This document shows, in pieces, positions 49,929-62,000 of a stretch of 64,000 nucleotides of DNA (positions are counted from its first letter, which is position 1; every line of letters starts with the position of its first letter). Source of the stretch: Schizosaccharomyces osmophilus (lineage: Eukaryota). The stretch covers positions 1,178,001-1,242,000 of the forward strand of contig NC_079239.1 of NCBI RefSeq assembly GCF_027921745.1, read 5' to 3'. The position numbers were made by a program, and so were the translations under genes. Under the pieces are notes generated by a model that saw only the letters and a list, made by a program, of their open reading frames with translations, was not told the origin of the DNA and did no database searches.

Positions 49929-50235
49929 ATCTCTAAATTCTACTTTTCTGAGGAAAAGGTTCGGGCGGATAAAAACAGCTAAAGTGCAGAATACAAAATA
50001 TACGGAGGGTATAGTGTCGCTAAGTAGACCCGATGGATTCTTTTTGTTGAAAGAAAAAAAATACTTACGAGACAGTTATCCCCGATAAAAGTTTGCTAAA
50101 TGGTTTACATAAAAAAAAAAAAAGAAAAAGCAATAATGGAGAGCCATGGAAATTGAAAAAGGGAAGGGTTTACAGATGGGGTCACTTTTTAATGTTATGA
50201 ATGTTGCTAAAACACGATAATACATAATTTATTTT

Positions 50236-51114
50236 TCAATGGACAGCTAAGCATTGGAGCTTATTAGAAAGCTCAATATTTTGATCATTTTCCACAGGAG
50301 GAAGGCCCAAGTCCTTGCTAGAAAAAGTTAGCATTTGCTTGTTTTAAAGAAAGTAATAAGAAATTTTTTGTCAATTTGGAAAAGGACTTCATCTAATACT
50401 TCTTTCCACGTGTACTTACTGCATTGCGTAGGCGTCTTCTCCATCCGCATAGTATTTACTTTCGATTCCTTGAACACTAGGAAAATTGTTAATAAAAGGT
50501 ATAGATTTCGGTAATAATTATCAACATACTCAAAAGTCAAACTATCGCGGTATAAGTGAAGAGCAGCGCGATTGCTCTTTCTCACATGGAGACTCATATA
50601 CTTTGCACCGTATACCTCAACCATAGCTCTTTCTAAGTAACGTTAGTAATTCAAAAATACCAAAAAGAAGAAAATGGTGAAAGAAGAATTAGATGCTAAG
50701 CTTTTTGTGCTCCGACTTCTCTACATTTAGAGAATTCTACTTACGACTCTGAACCATCATTCGCTTTGCAAGGCCCAATTGTCTATAAGAGCGCATAACG
50801 GATAAGCTAGTGACATGTCCATGGGGAATTCCGTCTTTGGGTTCTTCCTCCATTTTGGCTAATACATATCCGACAATTCTACCTTTTGGATTCGTTGCAA
50901 CATAAGAGAGCATAGGCCAAGATATAGCATGATAAAGATCTAGAATGGATGTTAATATCCATAATTGAAATACAGCCCAAGTTATTTTCCAAGAAACCGT
51001 TCAAATTTGGGATTGTTCCTTACAGTACTTCAATTGATAGTTTTCCGGCAAATTATTAAGATTGCAATGCTGCATCCCCACCAAATCTTCAACGCGAGCA
51101 GGACGGATATCCAT
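50236..51114 (-). CDS. naa10: NatA catalytic subunit (Ard1/Naa10), multi-exon
   Basis: [65 protein letters not shown]. Confidence 0.93.
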
Positions 51115-51611
51115 TTTGTCTAAAATTACGGGCTTTCAGCTACAAACGTGTTTTTCTACAACTTGGTGGTTGACTTTAGGTCGTCTGGAGCATCTCAAAA
51201 TGAGGAAGACCACCGAACTTATGTATAAACTATTACCAACAGTTTTTTCTTTCTTTCTTTATATACAAGTAACCTACTAAATGTTTTGAAATCAGAGAGT
51301 AAAAAATCCTCAAGAGGGAAGAAATCGATTTATCTGAAAATTGACAAGGATGGCTAATATCTTTCAAATCCCTATTCGCAGCCATATGGACGCAAACACT
51401 AGGAACGGGTCGAGAAATTGACACTATAAATTGCAAGTCAAATTTCGCTATGAAATGTTCCTTGAAATAAACCAAAGGTTGTTTACTAATATTTTATAGT
51501 GCTTTTCACTAAACGAATAGTGTATGTTTTCGTGAATTTATATGGAAATTAGTGGGTCTTTTTCACTTACAGATATACGTTATTCTCCATTACCAAACAC
51601 GACGAAAATTA

Positions 51612-52160
51612 ATGGACTGGATGAATAGAAGCAATCAGCTTTACATTTCTTTAGATGCCTTTAAAAGGGTAAAAGTAAATAATAAATATGGAAAGCAACG
51701 AACCAAGAACCCACAAGAATTGGAAAAAAGACAACCACTGCAAGATAAAACGAATCAAATAGCACCAATCCATAAAAACAAAGGGTATCCAGATATTCTG
51801 CCTGATGAAATATCATTTATTAAAACACCAGAACGTAAAGGTCCAGCAAGGTCATTCCAAGAATTGTGCTTTTCGGATATACCGCCGCTGGACCCAGATT
51901 TCTCTAAAACTTTTCAACCTGTTGCAACGTCAACGCCCAAGAAAAAGGATAAAGAGAAACCAGTGCAAGCAAGGGACCAGAAGATTGAAGATGAAAGTGA
52001 ATTTGATGAGTTAGCGATGTGGTTCCAATCTGCCTCTAATTTTAAACTCAACTTTTCTGAAACTTCTAGCCAAAAACAATCAATCTTAAACTGTCAAGAA
52101 GCCATTTTAAACAAATTTGCTCCTTTTGAAACAGAAACCGATGAAATTATTCTGTTTTAA
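51612..52160 (+). CDS. moa1: Meiosis-I kinetochore factor Moa1 (meikin)
   Basis: About 180-aa ORF with a polo-box-binding PVATSTPKK motif, at the syntenic position between naa10 and vps29; start could be 51612 or 51621. Confidence 0.75.
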   Translation: MDWMNRSNQLYISLDAFKRVKVNNKYGKQRTKNPQELEKRQPLQDKTNQIAPIHKNKGYPDILPDEISFIKTPERKGPARSFQELCFSDIPPLDPDFSKTFQPVATSTPKKKDKEKPVQARDQKIEDESEFDELAMWFQSASNFKLNFSETSSQKQSILNCQEAILNKFAPFETETDEIILF

Positions 52161-52162
52161 AC
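52042..52162 (+). promoter_or_regulatory. DSR-like TTAAAC cluster (candidate Mmi1 sites)
   Basis: Four sense-strand TTAAAC at 52042, 52086, 52107 and 52157. Confidence 0.7.
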
Positions 52163-52546
52163 TTTACACTTATGCACATTGCAGCTCATTGGCAAAGAAA
52201 ACTTAATGTATTCTGCAAGGGAAACATTGTTGGTCTGTTTCCTAAAGATAACTATTGAGTTGCTTGCGTTTAAGCAACTCCAAATGAAAACTATTAGAAG
52301 AAGGTTATTTAAGGTATTTCAAGCTAATTTTTGTTATAAAACTTCGTTCATGTCGTGAAATCGTAAGGAAAGGTTCTTCTGATGGGTCCCATACATTAAC
52401 TAAATTACACACGCCAGTAGTAGGCATAGGTTGGACATTCCAAGCAAACGAAAGGATAAAAAAGCAAATTACGTATTCAAATGACAGATTCAGACAAGTC
52501 CCTGAGGTCGCGTCGAAAGCCGATCATTATAGTTGATAAAACAACT

Positions 52547-53187
52547 TTATTCTGGCTTTCTATACTGCATTTTTTCTACTCGGACTTCTCCATCAAAAAT
52601 CCTGTAAACATATAAGATCAGAACAGCTCCTTGAACATCCATCAGCACGAAGCTGGGTGTTATTTTGGTATCATCATTCGCAGCCGATACGGTTGGTGCT
52701 CCAGTGGCAGAACCCGGATTCACGAAAAAGCAATTGTCCAGTTCAAATGCAGAGAATTTGTGAGTGTTTCCATAAAGAACGATATCAGCATCCATGTCTC
52801 TAGCCAGTATACTTAGAGCTTCAGGACTGTCCTGAGGGACAATTAAATGCCCGCTCGTATATGCCACTTTAAAAGAGCCCAAAGTCAGCTTTCCAGCAAT
52901 CGGCGACTTGCTATCTATATCATAGGCTCCTCTCACCAGTTTAAGGTCTGCGCATACATGCTTTAAATAGTCGTATATAGAGGGACTCGTAAGATTACCC
53001 AAACATATTATCTGATTGATTTTCCCAGGAATCAAAAGCTGCCGAAACTGTAAAAGGTGAGTCAATTAATATTCCAAGGGAAAAAGCAAAAGGCTTTGTT
53101 CCATCCATCCAACATCATACAAACCTTTTCAGATAATTTTGGTGACCGATTAGGAATATGAAAATCACCAATAACTAGTACAAGCAT
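52547..53187 (-). CDS. vps29: Retromer subunit Vps29; exons 53187-53125 and 53047-52547
   Basis: MLVLVIGDFHIP, PGKINQIICLGNL, NPGSATGA, PSFVLMDVQG. Confidence 0.95.
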
Positions 53188-53524
53188 TTTATACTATTGT
53201 TGGTTCTCTATAAAACTCGCAATTATTCGAGAACTAAGATATTCCTCCCTCTTGTGGTGGTTGTGTACTTATCACGTTGAACTCTGCTTTCAACAAACCT
53301 CCATTCGGTCCTTTTATCTATTCTTTTCTTTTTTTCTTTTTTGTTACGACTATTCATTTAGAGACTTCAACTAGATTTTGATTTGTTTTTTTTTTTTTTA
53401 AAATACATTTCGATCCGTAATCGTGTTGCTTAAGTTGTTTCATAAACAAACATACTTATTAATCACTTACCCAGAATTATTTGTAAAACTAAAGCCAACA
53501 AGTTTTCGTACAATTATACTTCAA

Positions 53525-54685
53525 ATGACAGGAAAATCTTATAATAGAAGACTATGGCTTGACGGTTGCTTGGATTTCTTTCATTATGGTATGATCATTA
53601 TTCTTCATGGGCTTTGACAATAGGTACAGACTAATAACATGCGAATGATAGGACACAGCAATGCTATTTTACAGGCTAAGCAGTTAGGCGACCAGCTAGT
53701 CGTGGGTGTACATTCTGATGAGGAAATTACACTTCATAAAGGTCCTCCCGTGCAAAACTTGAGTGAAAGATGCCTCGCAGCAATTACTTGCAAATGGGTA
53801 AATGAGGTTGTTCCTTACGCTCCATATGTATTTGACCTTGCTTGGATGAGAAAGTACAAATGCCAATTCGTGGTACACGGTGATGATGTATCAACTGACG
53901 CTGAAGGAAATGATTGTTATCGTCATGCAAAGGCTGTTAATCAATACCTCGAAGTCAAGCGTACAGATGGAATCAGCACTACAGAACTACTAGACCGACT
54001 ATTAAACTCAACGCCATTATCAACCTACAGTATTTCTCCATCAAATATAATGACTTATGAATCAATTCTAAGAAGCTTTGCTTCTGCTCCAAACGGAAGA
54101 TATCTGGACGTCAATATTTATATGTATACCCCTAGTGGTCTTGAAGAAATAATTCCTGGCGTTTTTTCGAACAAGGTGAAGCTGGAAAAGTCCGTATTAT
54201 ATCTTGATGGCAATTGGAGTTTATTTACTGGTATGCACATGAAAACGTTAAAGGCATGTGCAGAAACATTTCCGGATTTACCGATAGTCGTCGGACTTTT
54301 TGCAGACGACAAGTGCACCGAAAAACCAGTATTGAATCTTTTAGAAAGGACGCTTAACCTTTTGCAGTGCAAGTATGTTTCGGCTGTAATAATCGATCCT
54401 CCCTCTGCAAAGAGCTATAATATATTAGAATCCTTGAAAGTGAAATTTGGAAGCCTTATTGAAGACGTTTCGTATCCCGATATCTTTGTAAAAGATCAAA
54501 ATACGTATCAAGTCACTTTAAGAGAGGAGCCAACTGAAAGCTTTCATATATTAGACAAGCAAGGATCGGAAGCAATCAAACAGCGGATTTTGTCAAAAAA
54601 GCAGGAGTTTGAAGATCGTCAACGCAAGAAGCTAAAAAAGAACGCAACGGAAAACACCACCATTCACACATGCATTACCCGTTAA
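53525..54685 (+). CDS. ect1: Ethanolamine-phosphate cytidylyltransferase; exons 53525-53588 and 53652-54685
   Basis: WLDGCLDFFHYGH across the splice, VVGVHSD, HGDD, RTDGISTT. Confidence 0.92.
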
Positions 54686-54817
54686 TTGATATCTCTAATT
54701 CATTCTACTTTCTTTAGATGTCTCATTTAAAAATCACATTAAGCATATGACTTCCTTATTATTAATGGAAAAACATAATAAACCCCAAATTAGAAAGTTA
54801 AATAAAACACATAGGTA

Positions 54818-56719
54818 TTATACACTCATCTTCATCTTGATAGGCCCCCAAGGTTCGTATCCTTCAATAATAAAATCTTCTATACCGAATTGATCAATTT
54901 TTCCAATGTCACTCGCATCACGTCTAAATGACAATGTAGGAAAAGCTTTTGGAGTGCGAACCAACTGTGTTTGAAGGGCCTCAAAATGGTCGTTGTAAAT
55001 ATGACAATCGCCCATAACATGTATAAATTCAGTAGCTTCATATCCGCACATATACGCAACCATATGGGTCAAAACAGAATAAGATGCAATATTAAAAGGA
55101 ACTCCAAGACCCATATCAGCTGAGCGTTGATACATCATACAAGATAACTCTGGCTTTCCACCAAGTTTACTTGGTTCATTCACATAAAACTGGCAAAAGA
55201 TATGGCATGGGGGTAAAGCCATCTCGGGCATTGCAAGAGGGTTCCAGGCAGACATGATTATACGACGATCATAGGGGTTTGTTTTCAATGTGTGGATTAC
55301 CTTTGCGAGCTGATCTACACCTTTGCCTGTGTAATCGGCATCACAGCCAACATATTCAGCACCAAAGTGCCTCCATTGAAAACCATAAACCGGACCCAAG
55401 TCACCAGCTCTACGGTGATGCAAACCAAGCAGGTCAAGAAATTCTCTACTTCCATTTCCATCCCAAATATGTATACCCTTTTCAGTTAAGTGATTTGCGT
55501 CAGTATCACCACGGATGAACCATAAAAGTTCTTCCAAAACACCACGCAAAAAGACGCGTTTAGTCGTTAACAAAGGAAGTGTTTGATTACGCAAAGAAAA
55601 GCGCAATTGAGGGGGGGCAAACACAGAACGAGTACCAGTACCAGTACGATCAGGGCGAGACCTTCCGTACTGCATAACATAACGAATCAAATCGAGATAT
55701 TGGTTTTCTTCATGACTGGGTTTGGGAGGAGCTCGAACGGAGGATAAACCGGGTTGATGAGGCGATTGATATTGAGCAAGCTGCTCCGAATGTACGCTTG
55801 GAGCGACAAACTTGGCGGACGCTTTCTTGGTCGAAGAAGGCTGGGAAGTAGGGGGTTCTAGGATGGATGAAGAGTTACTAGAAGGCAAAGAGGAGGCTTT
55901 GGGAGTAACGTCGATGTAAGAAGGAGCTGCTTCATCGGTTTCACTATCTTGTCCTTTAGAGTCTTGATCATCATTATCATCGTAATTGGATTCTTCATTA
56001 TCGGTACCGCTAGACTCTTCCTCATCTTGGTTTTCAATGTTTTTCACGGCATTGGGCACTACCTTCTTATGTTCAAGACGCAAGTGTTCCGCAACTTTGG
56101 ATACAATGTTTCGCCATTCAGCCATGCCGCCCATTCCGATGTCTCCGCAAGCAAGGACTTTTTCAATGGGCAAGATAATCTCTGTATTTTTGTAAATACG
56201 GCCAATGGTCTCCATATGTTCTTGGGTAATGGGGTTGGTCCACATCATTGTGTTCATGGCAGGTGCAAGCAGGATCGGTTTATGCAATGCCCAGGCTCTT
56301 ACCAAAGAGGTTAAGAGATTATCACAAATTCCACTAGCGACTTTAGCCATTGTATTTGCACTCAAGGGAGCAATCAATAACAAATGAGCCCAGCGACGCA
56401 ATTCTATATGCGTGATAGGACTATCCAAGCCATTCCAGCAAGTCCAATCATCGGCATTAGTATACACTTTGACTCCAAGAGACGTGAGGGCCTCGGTTTC
56501 CACAAAATTACGAGCTGGATCTGTAAGGATAACTTGCACGTCGACGCCGTCGTAAGTTAAAAGGGCCTTGACAATTAACACCAATTTAATAGCCGCCACT
56601 GAGCCTGTAGCCGCTACCAGAACATGATGCTTGGAATCCGTGAGTTGATGCTCCTTCTCCATAATCATGGGATTCTTGACAGCCCGTGCTGCAAACCTTG
56701 CATGTAAGGGCTGAGTCAT
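54818..56719 (-). CDS. hal3: Hal3-like PPC-decarboxylase flavoprotein fused to thymidylate synthase
   Basis: N-terminal [28 protein letters not shown]; acidic linker; C-terminal [34 protein letters not shown]. Confidence 0.95.
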   Translation of the reverse strand: MTQPLHARFAARAVKNPMIMEKEHQLTDSKHHVLVAATGSVAAIKLVLIVKALLTYDGVDVQVILTDPARNFVETEALTSLGVKVYTNADDWTCWNGLDSPITHIELRRWAHLLLIAPLSANTMAKVASGICDNLLTSLVRAWALHKPILLAPAMNTMMWTNPITQEHMETIGRIYKNTEIILPIEKVLACGDIGMGGMAEWRNIVSKVAEHLRLEHKKVVPNAVKNIENQDEEESSGTDNEESNYDDNDDQDSKGQDSETDEAAPSYIDVTPKASSLPSSNSSSILEPPTSQPSSTKKASAKFVAPSVHSEQLAQYQSPHQPGLSSVRAPPKPSHEENQYLDLIRYVMQYGRSRPDRTGTGTRSVFAPPQLRFSLRNQTLPLLTTKRVFLRGVLEELLWFIRGDTDANHLTEKGIHIWDGNGSREFLDLLGLHHRRAGDLGPVYGFQWRHFGAEYVGCDADYTGKGVDQLAKVIHTLKTNPYDRRIIMSAWNPLAMPEMALPPCHIFCQFYVNEPSKLGGKPELSCMMYQRSADMGLGVPFNIASYSVLTHMVAYMCGYEATEFIHVMGDCHIYNDHFEALQTQLVRTPKAFPTLSFRRDASDIGKIDQFGIEDFIIEGYEPWGPIKMKMSV

Positions 56720-57157
56720 GTTGAAAATGAATCCAATCTCAATAAAAAGAAGAAAAAGAGGGAATCTCTATAGTATTTATATCCTAATACTGCCTTGGTT
56801 AAAAAAGGAAGTTACCCTAAACAAGTCTCTTTTAGCGATTTCTTTAACGCCCGCGATATATTGTGCAATTTGCACTGTACTACCGTAAATATATATTTTG
56901 GTACAAACTTTTATAGTGGACATGGTATACAAAGATAAAGCATTCTTTCAAAGACATTCATGATGTTTGCAAGTAAAAACATTACTAATCATGTAGCTCA
57001 GAATCCATAAGCTCACGATGCTCAAAACATTAGAAAGCTGAAAGATATTACAAGGTTGGAAATATACGTAAAAATCCACATTTCACTACAAAACATATAT
57101 TGACACAGTACAATTTTTAACCGCAGAAAGATACAATTCCATTTATTGCTAATAAGC

Positions 57158-57594
57158 TTAGAATTGGATAGCAGCACCCTGTAAGACTTGTTAGTAAAAT
57201 TTGAACAGACGTCTTTATCTGGGACTGAGCAGCATCCTTGTATGCTTGCGACATTATAAAGGTTATAGAGTTTAAAGCTCGTGGTAAAACATACCTTGGT
57301 CTTCTTCTCACCACCAAGCTCAAAGTGCTTGCAACGCTTCAAGCTGATTTGGTTCTTGTACTTGCAAGCAACACATTCCAAACGAAGGACAACCTTCTTG
57401 GTAACCTTGGCCTTTCTGTGAAAGACGGGCTTGGTTTGACCACCGAAACCACTTTGCTTGCGGTCATAACGACGCTTACCTTGAGCAACCTTAGAGTCGG
57501 GACCCTTCTTGTATTGAGTGACTCTGTGTAAGGTGTGCTTGTGGCAGTTCTTACCAGGACAGTAAGTCTTACGAGTCTTGGGAATGTTCACCAT
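57158..57594 (-). CDS. rpl42: 60S ribosomal protein L42 (eL42); exons 57594-57295 and 57178-57158
   Basis: [34 protein letters not shown] intron; ends KTKGAAIQF. Confidence 0.96.
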
Positions 57595-57677
57595 TTTTTC
57601 TTGTTTACGGTTGCTGGTTGGCGGTGATTAAGAGCTTGACACTTAAAAGTTTCGACTCAAATTGAGTGTTATGCTCA

Positions 57678-57709
57678 TGTGACTGTTTTCATCCATTTTA
57701 GGGTAGGGC
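57678..57709. promoter_or_regulatory. Homol D and Homol E boxes of the rpl42 promoter
   Basis: TGTGACTG at 57678-57685 and AGGGTAGGGC at 57700-57709. Confidence 0.8.
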
Positions 57710-58328
57710 CATCCTCTACTGCCTTTCATTCCAGCATCTCATTCCTTACTTTTACCGTGTCTTTCGTTACGTGCACATACCGTAAAGTAGCGCGTTACGC
57801 TACTTGAATATTGTATCATATAAATGCAATACGATGTTAAAATTATATTAGTTGAATACAATAATGGAAACTAAAGTCATGAAATTTCGCTATACCAAGC
57901 GTAGAATGGCTGTTACATAACATTGTGGATGCAAAGCTTGAAATTCAAAAAAAAGAGTATTGCCAATGCTACAAGTCGAACTTTTTACCATCCTCAAACT
58001 ACCAAATCGTCCCCTGAGTAGGTAGGTCAACCTTTCGATGTGATTAATTTGGGTTCTCTTGACTGCAAAAGCCTCTTCTCGTACAACGGGTTCAGTGATG
58101 TAAGTCTTGAAACGATGCGATAAAAATCAATCACCGCTTCCATAAACATTTCCTTTGCTATATTTTACGTCAAGGTGACGACTCGAAGCCGGCTTTATAA
58201 GAAATCCATAAAACGCAAGAAAGTTCCCTTTCTCCATACCAATTCTTCTTGAAGCATTCAACACATACTATAGCCTGTCACTGCTTATAACACCGTTTAC
58301 GAAAAAGTATATTCTTTGTCTTCTCATT

Positions 58329-58853
58329 ATGTCTTTAGTTTACAGCCTTGTGCCTTACGTTCGTCCTAGTGCAATCGTTTTGGGCGTTGCTTTCGACCAT
58401 GCTGCCTCTTTTTTGGTTTATGGACCCTTGATGGGTGACCTCTGGAAGAAAGCGTAAGTGAAAACCTGTCCTTGTAGCCAATATATGCTATGACTAGGTC
58501 TGCAAATACTAATTTTCAATATTAGAATGGCTCCTGCTCCTCTTCATACTCAACCTTCTAGTCCTGCCAAAAAGGTAGCCACAACCTATACGAGTAATCT
58601 CTTAAGTGCCTGCATTCAAACTTACTCCGTCGCTGCGCTCTTGCAGTTAACTGGAACTGTAAGTATGAAAGGTGCCTTTTATGTAGGGCTTTATGTGTTT
58701 GGAGCATCAGGATTGCCTGATATAGTCGACTACATATTCACAGAGAAACGAGGTTGCTCTTACACATTAGTAAAAACAGTTTCTTCTTTAGTGAAAAGTG
58801 TAGGCATGAGCATGGTTTTATTGGGCTATGGAATCCGCCACAATGAGGTTTAA
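58329..58853 (+). CDS. Small membrane protein, DUF1761-like; exons 58329-58453 and 58526-58853
   Basis: YGPLMGDLWKKAM across a GTAAGT..CTAAT..TAG intron; hydrophobic helices; syntenic with S. pombe SPAC15E1.02c as recalled. Confidence 0.75.
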
Positions 58854-59021
58854 CAAGATTTCTGTACTCTGTTTCCTGTCTTTTTATTCAAAAGCAATAC
58901 ACGAATGAGTTAGTTATGAATAAATACATTTATGAATTTCATACTTTAGTGCAAGTATCTTTTCTTTGTTTTTGATTTATTCATTCTTGATATCAATCAT
59001 ATATTACACTCATACATCAAT

Positions 59022-62000
59022 TTATGTTAGCGAATTATCCTCGTCTTCAGCATCCTGATATGCCTCATAATCATCTGTCGAAATAGTATCATTCCTGCGG
59101 TGATGTCCAACACGGGGAACAGTTCCCTTTTCATTCGTTTCTCTCTCTTCTGTTATCCTAGGACCAGTTGATGGCAAAATAACATCACTAGTATCTCCTA
59201 GTTTTTTTGGCAATTCGCTTGAGACTTTATCATACGCATCGTATGGTTGAGACGGATCAATCCCCTTTTCAGTGGGACCAATCTTTTCTTCAGCGTGATC
59301 AAACCCGAAAAGATTCGTGGTTGATGGTAAATCTACATCGGTACTACTATGATTATCCTCCTGTGACTCGCTTGAGGCATTATGTACTATATCCGTAAGA
59401 GAAGAACCCGTTTCTTTCTCTTCAGCATGACCGGCTTCATCGTGGGTTATAGATGGTGGAACATTACTGTTTTTCATAGCGTCTAGCGAATCACTCGAGG
59501 CATTACGCGCCATATTCATTAACGAAGGGCCCGTTTCTTCCTCTTCAGCATGACCGGCTTCATCGTCGGTTATAGATGGTGGAGCATTACTGTTTTTCAT
59601 AGCGTCTAGCGAATCACTCGAGGCATTACGCGCCATATCCGTAAGAGAAGAACCCGTTTCTTTCTCTTCAGCATGACCGGCTTCATCGTCGGTTATAGAT
59701 GATGGAGCATTACTGTTTTTCATAGCGTCTAGCGAATCACTTGAGACATTACGCGCCATATCCATTAACGAAGGGCCCGTTTCTTCCTTTTCAGCATGAC
59801 CGGCTTCATCGTCGGTTATATATGGTGGAGCATTACTGTTTTTCATAGCGTCCCGCGACTCACTTGAGACACCATCATACGTCGTATCCACTTGGGAAAA
59901 ATTTGGGATTCCAGAATGAGCATTAGTGGGTAAGCTTTTAGCATTGTAATCTCGCTTTTCATCTTCTGTAGATATAGACTTCTCCGTATTATTGAAGGCA
60001 CCTTTCCATAAGAGTTTCCGATTCTGCTCATCTTGCACCAATCGACGACGTTCAATTTCTTCAACACCACCAATCTTTCGTAATCTATCGTCATTAATAA
60101 AATCTTGAATTTCTTTTTCAAACTCGTCCTCGTGTAAGAGAACCTTCTTTCGTTGAAAAGCTTCAAACCGTTCAATAGCCTGAAGTCTGACATCGCTATC
60201 TGGTCTCAATTTTAAAACATCCGTGTGAATCTGTTCACGAATTCCTTTGATGTCCCCTGAAGCAGGCTTCACAGCTAAAGGCTTGCTTTTAATTCCAGAT
60301 TTTGCTTGAAGCTGGGCAATAGCAGAAACATTTGATAAAACAGTTGTAACCGAATCAAAATCTTTATTTAAATCCGCTACAAGGCTCGTATGATTATCCA
60401 AAAACTCTTGTTCTTGCACAATCGCATTCAACTCTTTTTCCCATTGCTTTTTCCATGTTGGTGTTACTTCTTCGATCGACTTTTGCAACGAACGTATATT
60501 ATTCTCAATGAATTCTTTTTCCTTGTTTAAATAAGAAGTCTGATCCAAACCTGGGCGGACTTTTCGAAGTAAAACGTCAGACCTTAAGAGCTCAATTTGA
60601 TCATTAATATCATCAAACCTTTTAACTAAAGATTTAGCGGCAGCTTCAATGGAATCTTTGCTTCTCAGGATGTATCCACGATCAAACCCAAATCCAGAGG
60701 CTTTTCTGTTAATTATATTCATTTGGTTTCTAAAGTCGTTAAGTTGCAAAGGGATCTTCGCGAAAGATGTAGCAAAAACTTGCTTCAAAGAAGCTAGCTC
60801 CAGTTGCATGGACTTGACTTTCTGATAATTGGTAGAATCGGTCACAAGTCTGCCGCGTTTGGAGTCTTTAATAGGAGACGAAAGCTGAAATGGAACATTC
60901 GTAGTATGCTTATTGCCTAATTTCCTTTCTATATTTATTAAACGTTGAAGCAATTCCTGAAATAATGGGGGACTCTCTATTTCTTCGTTTGGAGGTTCTT
61001 CATGGGATCGAGCGGTTTCAACCATCGCTTTAGCACCATTAGCCGGTGATTCTTCTTTGGTTTTCAGTTGTTCTTTCTGAGCTACTACCAATGATTTAGG
61101 TTTCATATCCGAATAGTCTTCCAATAAATAATTCACCTTGGTATCGTAATCTTCAATATAAAATTCAAAGGAGAAATCTATAAACTCATTCCCAAACTTA
61201 GATTGAAAAAGGGCTTCTAACTTCTCCTGCGTATCAACTACTGAAGACGAAACCACTTTATAGGTTTTATTGTTGAACTTTAAATAATAAACGAAACTCC
61301 CGTGATTTCGCTCAAATTCCCTGACGTCTTCTTGCTTGTGCAAGGATTCGTCGTTTTTGTCAGTAAATTCTCGATTGTCTATAGGACGTCTCTCCTCCTT
61401 TGGCATTTCTGAGCGATCATTTGCGACTTCCATATTACCAGAAGGGAGCGGCCGTTCATCAACAGGAGGATATTCGTTTTCATTCTTTTCTTCGTTGATG
61501 GGCGCCTTGGCGCCGCCACCATCTATGTTCAAATTGTTGTTGGTTTTGACCAAACGATCTAATTCTTCAAGTGAATCATGTTTAAACCCTTCGGATATTT
61601 CATTGCTTGATGCTTTAACGTTTAGATCGGCAAATGGATGTTTTGTCTCAGCATCTTCTTCATTCAGGTAATCCCGAGTTTCTCTATTTAGTTTACTTAA
61701 CGTTGAATTCGCACCCATAGGTTGTTGAGGCAAAGAAACCATTTCTATAGTATTGACCTGAGATACTTTGTTCTCTTGTAAACTTTGTGGATCCCGATTA
61801 TGCGTTTCCTCAAGAGACTCAACTGCCCGTGAAGGCGTTTTTATTTCCTGTGGAGTTTCAGATTTTGATTCCAAAGCTGAAGATGCTTCATTTGGAATTG
61901 GGGAAGTGAATGAACGACTTCTAGGTAGTAACACTGGTGTACTAGAGGGTACATATTTGGGAGAAGTAGTTTTATTGGAAGAAAAAGATCTCGTTCCGGA

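Noticed and set aside
57022..57294. 190-aa extended Rpl42 from the ORF track
   Set aside because: Read-through of a canonical intron; splicing restores the normal C-terminus
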